From Verrucomicrobiia bacterium (GTDB taxonomy: Bacteria; Acidobacteriota; Terriglobia; Acidiferrales; UBA7541), in assembly GCA_035568155.1 (NCBI GenBank), contig DATMOS010000051.1:24156-88155 (forward strand): 64,000 nt of DNA. The letters are read 5' to 3'. The position numbers were made by a program, and so were the translations under genes. The notes under the pieces were generated by a model. It was not told the origin of the DNA, ran no database searches, and saw nothing but the letters and a program-made list of their open reading frames with translations. Positions 57,104 through 64,000 of the stretch are shown piece after piece (the stretch's first letter is position 1; each line of letters opens with the position of its first letter).

Positions 57104-57251
57104 CACTCCTTCGTCACCCATCCCTGATCCTCCATACTGACAACCCCTATTCATTCTGTTAGCGTTTTACCTCGGCATTCTTTTGCCTTCTTGGTGATGG
57201 CATAGCTTCCTCATTTTCGAGCTGCCCGTGCGCAGCTAAGGAGAATTTTCA

Positions 57252-58259
57252 TTGAACGTTCTGGTCACCGGCGCTGCGGGTTATATCGGCAGTATTTGCA
57301 GTGAGGTCCTGCTGGCGCGTGGGATAAGTGTAATTGCGCTGGATAATTTACTGGAGGGCCATCGCGAAGCCGTCTCCCCGGACGCCATTTTCTGCCATGC
57401 CGATCTTGGTATTCGCTCGCAAATTGAAGATGTCTTCGCCCGCCATAAAATTGACGCGGTGATGCACTTTGCCGGGGAAGCCCTGGTCGCCAAGTCCGTT
57501 CGAGAACCCAGCACCTTTTATGCCGCCAACGTCGCTTGTGGCGTAAATCTTCTCGATGCCATGATTCGCCACGGCGTAAAAAAATTCATCTTTTCCTCCA
57601 CGGCCGCGACCTATGGCGAACCCGAGATCGTCCCGATCCCCGAAGATCACCGAAAAAATCCCATTAACCCCTACGGCAAATCCAAGCTGGTATTCGAGCA
57701 GATCCTTGCCGATTACCGGGCCTACACCGGGATGGCCTACGTGACTCTGCGCTACTTCAACGCCGCCGGCGCCTCGCAGCAGCGCGGCGAAGCGCATCGC
57801 ACCGAGACGCACTTGATCCCGCTCGTTTTGAACGCTGCGAGCGGCGCGATCCCCCACGTCCAGGTGCTTGGCACCGATTACCCCACTCCCGACGGCACCT
57901 GCGTTCGCGACTACATTCACGTGCTCGACATTGCCGACTCCCACCTGCGCGCGCTTCAGGAAATTGAGGGCGTCGCGGGAGAAGCATTTAACGTCGGCAA
58001 CAGCCGCGGTTATTCCATTTTAGAAGTCATCGAAGCTGCTGAGCGTGTCACCGGCAAAAAGATTCCGCGCCAACTTTCTCCGCGCCGCCCGGGTGACCCC
58101 GCGGTCCTGGTCGCCAGCAAGGAAAAGTTGAAAACCATGCTGGGCTGGGAAGCCACCCACTCTTCGTTGGAAGAAATTATTTCCTCAGCGTGGAACTGGA
58201 AGCTAAAACATCCTCGCGGTTATGCGGAAGCTGTCACCGCACAAGGAATCAACAAATAA
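57252..58259 (+). CDS. galE: UDP-glucose 4-epimerase
   Basis: GAAGYIG, FSSTAATYG, YGKSK, LRYFNAAG and DGTCVRDYIHV motifs. Confidence 0.93.
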   Translation: MNVLVTGAAGYIGSICSEVLLARGISVIALDNLLEGHREAVSPDAIFCHADLGIRSQIEDVFARHKIDAVMHFAGEALVAKSVREPSTFYAANVACGVNLLDAMIRHGVKKFIFSSTAATYGEPEIVPIPEDHRKNPINPYGKSKLVFEQILADYRAYTGMAYVTLRYFNAAGASQQRGEAHRTETHLIPLVLNAASGAIPHVQVLGTDYPTPDGTCVRDYIHVLDIADSHLRALQEIEGVAGEAFNVGNSRGYSILEVIEAAERVTGKKIPRQLSPRRPGDPAVLVASKEKLKTMLGWEATHSSLEEIISSAWNWKLKHPRGYAEAVTAQGINK

Positions 58260-58329
58260 AAGAGGCGTTCGGGCGGGCTATTTCGGTCTGGAACCGCCTT
58301 TAAAAGATCACGCGACGCGATTCGAAATC

Positions 58330-59802
58330 ATGCCGACTTTTTACATTGAACAGTTTGGATGTCGCGCTACCCAAGCCGATGGCGCCGCGCTTGAAGTTCA
58401 ATTACTGCAACGTGGCTACACCCGAGCGGCCAAAGCCGCAGCCGATATCGTGGTTGTAAACACCTGCACCGTTACCTCCGCTGCCGACGCCCAAGCCCGA
58501 GACGCGATCAGGAAAATCAGCGCGCAAAATCATGCCGCGCGGGTAATTGTCACTGGTTGCTACGCGCAGCGTGCCCCCGAAGAAGTAGCGGAACTTCCCG
58601 GCGTCGCCTGGGTAGTCGGGAATTCGCACAAGCCGGAATTGCCCGCACTCATAGAAAGTCTTTCCATTACCTCGGCCGCAAGAGATTTCTTACCCGTTCT
58701 TTCCTTGGAACTGTCCTCCACCGCACTTCGGCGCGCGCCGGCGCAAATTTTAACCGGGAAATTCGAACCCAAACCGCTCTTGAGCTCTCCGGTATTCAAC
58801 ACTGAAGAAAATCACACCCGTCCCATCCTCAAAATTCAGGACGGCTGCGACTCTCGCTGCGCGTACTGCGTGATCCCGCAAGTCCGCGGAAAAAGCCGCA
58901 GCCTCCCTCCTGAAGCCGTGCGGCAGCAGGTCAATCAACTGTGCGATTCAGGCGTAAAAGAAATCGTTCTCAGCGGCATTAATATTGGAACCTACGGACG
59001 GGACCTCAGCCCTCGCATTACTTTCTCGACGTTGCTGCGCCGCATTCTCGACGAAACGCCCATCGAGCGCTTGCGCGTTAGTTCCATCGAGCCTATGGAC
59101 GTCACCACTGACCTCATCGAATTTTTTGCCGCAAATGATCGCATGGCCCCGCACTTTCATATGCCCTTGCAAAGCGGAACGGATCGCATCCTCGCCGCCA
59201 TGCATCGCTGGTATCGCGCTGAACACTACGCCCGCCGCGCCCAATTAATCCGCGAACATTTACCTCACGCCGCCATTGGAGCTGACGTTATCGCGGGATT
59301 CCCTGGTGAAGCCAGCGAAGATCACTCCACCACGCTCGCATTCATCGAAGGCCTGCCGCTCACGTATCTGCATGTTTTCTCCTTCTCAAAGCGCCCCGGT
59401 ACGCAGGCCGCCGCGCTTGCCAACGAAGTTCCCCCGGGACTTATAAAAAGCCGTGCCCGGGAACTGCGCGCCCTCGGAGAAAAAAAATCCGCTGCATTTC
59501 GCAATGAACAAGTCGGCACTCAATTGCGCGTACTCACGCTCCGGTCGGCATGTGGTTCCGCAACGCATTTGGCCAATGATGAGTCACGCGACAGAAGCGC
59601 GCAGGTAAAGGAGGCTGGGCCGAGGAAAGAATCCGCGTACACTCCCGCGCTCTCCAGCAATTATTTGCGCGCAAGGTTGCCGGGTAATTGGGTTGCCAAT
59701 CAATGGGTGAATGTCCGTGTCGCGGCTGTTGAAGGAAATGATTTAATTGGAGAGCCTGCAGAATCGATTAACGCCGAATTAAGAGTTCGCGCATTCGCTT
59801 AA
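58330..59802 (+). CDS. mtaB: tRNA t6A methylthiotransferase (radical SAM, MtaB)
   Basis: FGC, VNTCTVT, VTGCYAQ and KIQDGCDSRCAYC motifs; start corrected to ATG 58330. Confidence 0.85.
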   Translation: MPTFYIEQFGCRATQADGAALEVQLLQRGYTRAAKAAADIVVVNTCTVTSAADAQARDAIRKISAQNHAARVIVTGCYAQRAPEEVAELPGVAWVVGNSHKPELPALIESLSITSAARDFLPVLSLELSSTALRRAPAQILTGKFEPKPLLSSPVFNTEENHTRPILKIQDGCDSRCAYCVIPQVRGKSRSLPPEAVRQQVNQLCDSGVKEIVLSGINIGTYGRDLSPRITFSTLLRRILDETPIERLRVSSIEPMDVTTDLIEFFAANDRMAPHFHMPLQSGTDRILAAMHRWYRAEHYARRAQLIREHLPHAAIGADVIAGFPGEASEDHSTTLAFIEGLPLTYLHVFSFSKRPGTQAAALANEVPPGLIKSRARELRALGEKKSAAFRNEQVGTQLRVLTLRSACGSATHLANDESRDRSAQVKEAGPRKESAYTPALSSNYLRARLPGNWVANQWVNVRVAAVEGNDLIGEPAESINAELRVRAFA

Positions 59803-59815
59803 CAAAGCAATTTCC

Positions 59816-60193
59816 TCAACCTTCAAAAATCACCTGTGCCAGAGCTTGCTCCGCCGTGTGTGTGATGCTGACAGCAATATTCTTCACCCCTAAGCGCGCC
59901 GCAATTTTCCCCGCTTCGCCTCGGATCGCTAAGGTTGGCCGTCCACTCTTTTCGCGGATCACTTCCAGGTCCACCCAGCGCACCCCATGCGACCAGCCGG
60001 TCCCTAAAGCTTTCATCGCCGCCTCTTTCACCGCGAACCGTCCCGCATAGCGCTCGAATTTATTTTTAAATCGCTCGCAATAAGCCCTTTCTGCTGGCGT
60101 GTAAATTCGTCGTAAAAACGCCTCGCCGCGTCTTTCTATAGTGCTGCGTATCCGCGGCACCTCCGCGATGTCCACTCCCGTCCCGATAATCAA
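59816..60193 (-). CDS. acpS: Holo-ACP synthase
   Basis: IIGTGVDI, GRFAVKEAAMKALGTG and VSITH; TTG start at 60193 behind GGAGG gives 125 aa. Confidence 0.92.
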   Translation of the reverse strand: MIIGTGVDIAEVPRIRSTIERRGEAFLRRIYTPAERAYCERFKNKFERYAGRFAVKEAAMKALGTGWSHGVRWVDLEVIREKSGRPTLAIRGEAGKIAARLGVKNIAVSITHTAEQALAQVIFEG

Positions 60194-60246
60194 GAGGCCT
60201 CCAGCAGGCAGTTCACTCCCACCGCGATTATACTGGGACCATTCAG

Positions 60247-61200
60247 ATGACGCCCGCCAAGACAAAAACGCTATTGAGAACACCAGCGACCAGAAATAAG
60301 CCGCTGAGCTCGCGCGACGCTTGGAAACTCCGTACATCTGCAGACGGGGCAGGTTTTCTTCAAGTCCCGGCATTCAGCGCGTTCCCCTGGTTGATCCACG
60401 GATTCAGCACTTCTCAAGGAGGAGTCAGCGCTCTCAACGGCGGCAAGGTGCTCAATCTCGGATTCACCGATTGGGATGCCCGCGAAAATGTTCAGAAAAA
60501 CCGCAAATTCTTTCAATCTGCCGTTGACGCCAACGAATTCACTCTCGTCTCACTAAAGCAATTTCATTCCGACGTGGTATGTGGCTTTTCTTCTGCGCCG
60601 CCCAATGAGCCATGCAGCGCGGACGCATCTATTACCAATGTCCCAAACCTCCTACTTGGCATTCAAACCGCCGATTGCGTGCCAATTTTATTGCTCGATC
60701 CAAAGAAACATGCCGTCGCCGCCGTTCATGCCGGTTGGCGCGGCACGCTCCAGCGCATCGTGGAAAAAACCATCGGCCGCATGAAAATGGAATTCAAAAC
60801 CGCCCCGAGCGATTTGTTAGCGGCCATCGGCCCAGCCATTGGCGGTTGCTGCTATGAAGTCGGCACGGAAGTCGCCGCCGCTTTCCATTCCCAATTCGCC
60901 AAGGCCCCGGAATGGTTTGACGAGTTGCGCACCGGTGATGAACCCAATCCTCTGCAATGGCTCAATCAGTTTCCCCCTGGCCATCAACCGCCACCGAAAA
61001 ATGTTCGTCTGGATTTGCGTAAAGCGAATCGCGCGCAATTGCTGGCCGCGGGTCTCCGCCCGCAAAATATTTTTGTCAGTGATCTTTGCACTGCGTGCCG
61101 CCCCGATCTTCTTTTTAGTTATCGCAAACAGGGCAGCGAAAGCGGCCGCATGATGTCAGTGATAGGCATTCGAGAAGGAAATAAGTCGAGCAGAAAATAA
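60247..61200 (+). CDS. pgeF: PgeF/YfiH peptidoglycan editing factor
   Basis: HGFST, QFHS, TADCVP, HAGWRG, CCYEVG and FSYR motifs. Confidence 0.9.
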   Translation: MTPAKTKTLLRTPATRNKPLSSRDAWKLRTSADGAGFLQVPAFSAFPWLIHGFSTSQGGVSALNGGKVLNLGFTDWDARENVQKNRKFFQSAVDANEFTLVSLKQFHSDVVCGFSSAPPNEPCSADASITNVPNLLLGIQTADCVPILLLDPKKHAVAAVHAGWRGTLQRIVEKTIGRMKMEFKTAPSDLLAAIGPAIGGCCYEVGTEVAAAFHSQFAKAPEWFDELRTGDEPNPLQWLNQFPPGHQPPPKNVRLDLRKANRAQLLAAGLRPQNIFVSDLCTACRPDLLFSYRKQGSESGRMMSVIGIREGNKSSRK

Positions 61201-61241
61201 TCGCGCCCTAAAATAAATCACTGCAATTATCGCTCGGACTC

Positions 61242-62348
61242 CTACAACGTAATTAGATTTGAACCACTTTTCTCAATCGGTGTCTCGTTGAGCAGCGCTA
61301 GTTGCCCGCAAGCCGCCATTACATCGCGCCCCCGCGAGCGCCGCACAAAAGTCGCAATCCCACGATCAATCAAAAGCTCCTGAAACGCTGCGATCGCTTC
61401 CTCCGAAGACTCCCGGTAAGGCAAATCTCCCGGATTCCAGGGGATCAAATTAACCTTGCACTTCAGTCCCGCAAGCAGCTTCACCACCCGCCTCGCATCG
61501 TCCAGCGTATCGTTGACCCCACCTAGCATCACGTACTCAAACATCAGAAATTCCCAGCTGCGTAACGGATATTTTCGGCAAGCTCCCAGCAACGCCGCCA
61601 GCGGATATTTGCGATTGATGGGCATCAATGCGTCGCGCTGCGCGTCGTTGGATGCGTTCAGCGAAATCGCCAGCTTTGGCCGCTCGCTTTCCATCGCTAG
61701 CCGCTCGATTCCCGGCACGATTCCACTCGTCGAAATCGTCACTCGTTTCGCGGGTATCCCTACCCCGTTCGGATCCTGCAAAATCCTGCATGCCGTCAGC
61801 ACCGCGTCGTAATTCAGTAGCGGCTCGCCTTGCCCCATGAACACAATATTCGTGTGCGGCACCAGCGTGTCTTTGTTCTCTTCCAGCGCGATCAGTATTT
61901 GCCCCAGAATTTCTCCCGGCGACAAATTGCGAATCAATCCCAACTGCGCCGTCAAACAAAATTGGCAATTCACCGCGCAGCCTGCCTGCGTCGAAGCGCA
62001 AATCGTCTGCCGGCCCTCGCTCGGCATGAACACCGCTTCCACGGAAGCCGCCCGCGTCTTGTCTTTCTCGGTCAGTTCCAATTCGAAAAGGTAACGGACG
62101 GCCCCATCCGCGGACTGGAATCGTTTTTTCACTTCCGGCAGCCTGATTCCCGCCCCATCGGTCAGACGCTCGCGCAACGACGCCGGTAAGTTCGTCACCT
62201 GCTCCAGATCAAATTGTCGTTCCGCGTACAACGCGCGATAAATCTGATCTCCGCGATAGGCTGGTTCGCCTAGCGACACACATAGCTCGCGCAATTCCTC
62301 CTTGGTCTTACCGAGCAATTCAGTGTTTTGCGACACGCTCACGCGCAC
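61242..62348 (-). CDS. rlmN: 23S rRNA/tRNA adenosine C2 methyltransferase
   Basis: STQAGCAVNCQFC, MGQGEP, VNLIPWN and AACGQL motifs. Confidence 0.9.
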   Translation of the reverse strand: MRVSVSQNTELLGKTKEELRELCVSLGEPAYRGDQIYRALYAERQFDLEQVTNLPASLRERLTDGAGIRLPEVKKRFQSADGAVRYLFELELTEKDKTRAASVEAVFMPSEGRQTICASTQAGCAVNCQFCLTAQLGLIRNLSPGEILGQILIALEENKDTLVPHTNIVFMGQGEPLLNYDAVLTACRILQDPNGVGIPAKRVTISTSGIVPGIERLAMESERPKLAISLNASNDAQRDALMPINRKYPLAALLGACRKYPLRSWEFLMFEYVMLGGVNDTLDDARRVVKLLAGLKCKVNLIPWNPGDLPYRESSEEAIAAFQELLIDRGIATFVRRSRGRDVMAACGQLALLNETPIEKSGSNLITL

Positions 62349-62459
62349 TCAGCTCCAACTTCAAGAATACTCCGAACAGTCCTCACCGTCTTGCCAGCCA
62401 ACGCCACCACACAAAAACGGCGTTATAATTCTAGGTGACAAAGTTCTAGCAGCATTGCC

Positions 62460-63092
62460 TTGGAGGGCTCCATGGCTGGCTCAACAACCGGACCCAAAGC
62501 CGGCACAATCGCGGCCGAACAACTCAACATTCAGGACTGGGTTAAAGGTCTCGCGGCCATTCCCGCTAAGGACTTCTCTCTCGAAACCGTCCAGGACTAC
62601 ATCCTGCGCCACGCCGTCCGCCCGGAAACCATCCACAAGTATTGCTATTTCTCCAAAGGCAGTTACACCCGCAACCTGATTTTCAAAAACGAAGTATTCG
62701 AGTGCATGACCGTTTGTTGGGAAGTTGGCCAGCATAGCCGCGTGCATAACCATCGCGACCAGAATTGCTGGATGTCCGTCCCGGTCGGCCGTCTGCGCGT
62801 GCAAAATTATCGCGTTGACCATCGCGATTCTTCGCGCGGCACCTGCAAGATCGTTCCCACTGACGCCTACATAATGGACGCTACTCATCCCTCCTACGTC
62901 AATCCACTTGAACCTGTTCATGAAGTGATCAATGCGTCTGAATTTAATGAGCGCGCGGTCAGCATTCATGTCTATTCCAAGCCATTCGACAGTTGCGAAG
63001 TCTACCAGCGCGACAAGGGCACCTATGCCGACGTTCCACTCTTCTATACAAGCGAATACGGCGAATTAAATCCCGCTGAGAAGCTTCTCTAG
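62460..63092 (+). CDS. Cysteine dioxygenase family protein
   Basis: YTRNL, HNH, VHEV and SIHVYS motifs; start may be ATG 62472. Confidence 0.8.
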   Translation: MEGSMAGSTTGPKAGTIAAEQLNIQDWVKGLAAIPAKDFSLETVQDYILRHAVRPETIHKYCYFSKGSYTRNLIFKNEVFECMTVCWEVGQHSRVHNHRDQNCWMSVPVGRLRVQNYRVDHRDSSRGTCKIVPTDAYIMDATHPSYVNPLEPVHEVINASEFNERAVSIHVYSKPFDSCEVYQRDKGTYADVPLFYTSEYGELNPAEKLL

Positions 63093-63167
63093 TCTCTGGC
63101 GCCCGCAAAACGCATTTCTGCGCGCCATCGCTCGCCACGCTTCGCCTGCCTGTGTCACAATCAGCTA

Positions 63168-64000
63168 ATGCCCACGGAAACCCGTGATATCAAAAAGCAC
63201 GCCCTACCTAATGGCCTGGTGGTCATAACCGAAAACATGCCGCACGTGCGCTCCGTTTCCATCGGCGTGTGGGTTCGTAGTGGTTCACGCCGCGAATCCC
63301 CTGCCGAAAATGGGTTAGCCCACTTCATAGAGCACATGGTTTTCAAGGGCACTGAACGCCGGTCCGCGGAAGCCATCGCGCGCGAAATGGATTCGGTCGG
63401 CGGCATGCTCGACGCCTTCACCTCCAAGGAGCAAATCTGCTTCAACGCCAAAGTCCTTGACGAACATCTTCCGATCGCCTTCGATGTCATCGCCGACCTC
63501 GTTCTGCGTCCCAATTTTGATGCCGAGGACGTCACCAAAGAACAGCAAGTCATTCTCGAAGAAATCAAGATGGACATGGACAACCCCGAGTATCTTTTGC
63601 ACGAGGTCTTCACTCGTGGATTTTGGCCTGAACACCCTTTGGGACGCCCCATCCTGGGCACTCCCGAAACGGTAAAAAACTTCACTCGCCCGGTATTAAA
63701 GGCGCGCTTCGCCTCGTGGTTTGCTCCCGATCACCTCGTCGTCACCGCTGCCGGCAATGTGGCCCACGAACAAGTCCTCGACTTGGTCACTCGCGAATTT
63801 GGCCACCTCCAACCGAGTGGCCAGCACGCCCCGCATATCGCCCCGCGCACCGAAGCTCCGATTCACCTGGAAAAGAAACGCGATCTTGAACAGGTACATC
63901 TCTGTGTTGGCGTTCCGTCAGTTCCGCTGGGTCACGAGGATCGCTTCGGCATTGCCGTCTTGAATAATCTTTTAGGTGGCGGCATGTCCTCGCGTTTATT
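63168..64000 (+). CDS. M16 family (pitrilysin-like) zinc peptidase, partial
   Basis: Manual translation MPTETRDIKKHALPNGL...GLAHFIEHMVFKGT (HxxEH); runs off the right edge; absent from the ORF track. Confidence 0.9.
   Translation, partial: MPTETRDIKKHALPNGLVVITENMPHVRSVSIGVWVRSGSRRESPAENGLAHFIEHMVFKGTERRSAEAIAREMDSVGGMLDAFTSKEQICFNAKVLDEHLPIAFDVIADLVLRPNFDAEDVTKEQQVILEEIKMDMDNPEYLLHEVFTRGFWPEHPLGRPILGTPETVKNFTRPVLKARFASWFAPDHLVVTAAGNVAHEQVLDLVTREFGHLQPSGQHAPHIAPRTEAPIHLEKKRDLEQVHLCVGVPSVPLGHEDRFGIAVLNNLLGGGMSSRL

Noticed and set aside
59816-60193. acpS as part of the biosynthetic locus
   Set aside because: It sits among housekeeping genes, and the locus has its own Sfp-type PPTase.
63161-63685. 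Minus-strand 174-aa ORF
   Set aside because: Antisense to the M16 peptidase, which has a clear HxxEH motif.

Overview
GC-moderate bacterial window; gene content and protein style suggest Acidobacteriota (inference). About 52 kb (1-52526) is one surface-polysaccharide locus. Its minus-strand Wzx/Wzy-type machinery includes a UpxY/RfaH antiterminator, priming sugar transferase, a WbpB/WbpD/WbpE-like 3-amino-sugar pathway, flippase, polymerase, glycosyltransferases, five deacetylase-like domains, Wza, an outer-membrane barrel and an ExeA ATPase. Inside it, co-oriented, sits an 18 kb hybrid NRPS-PKS line: FkbH-T-C-A(Thr)-T-E-C*-T, then KS-AT-ACP-aminotransferase-C-A(Ser)-T-TE(Cys), with a JmjC oxygenase and an Sfp PPTase. 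A divergent cassette encodes a DltA-like ligase, ACP, GNAT, stand-alone FkbH and a second ACP; another GNAT-ACP pair and a FemAB-like GNAT lie among the sugar genes. My main hypothesis is a carrier-protein-based system that decorates the polysaccharide with glyceryl, D-alanyl and peptide-polyketide groups. The last ~11 kb is mostly housekeeping: metH, a LuxR regulator, galE, mtaB, acpS, pgeF, rlmN, cysteine dioxygenase and an M16 peptidase. All calls come from motifs read by eye; no database search was run.
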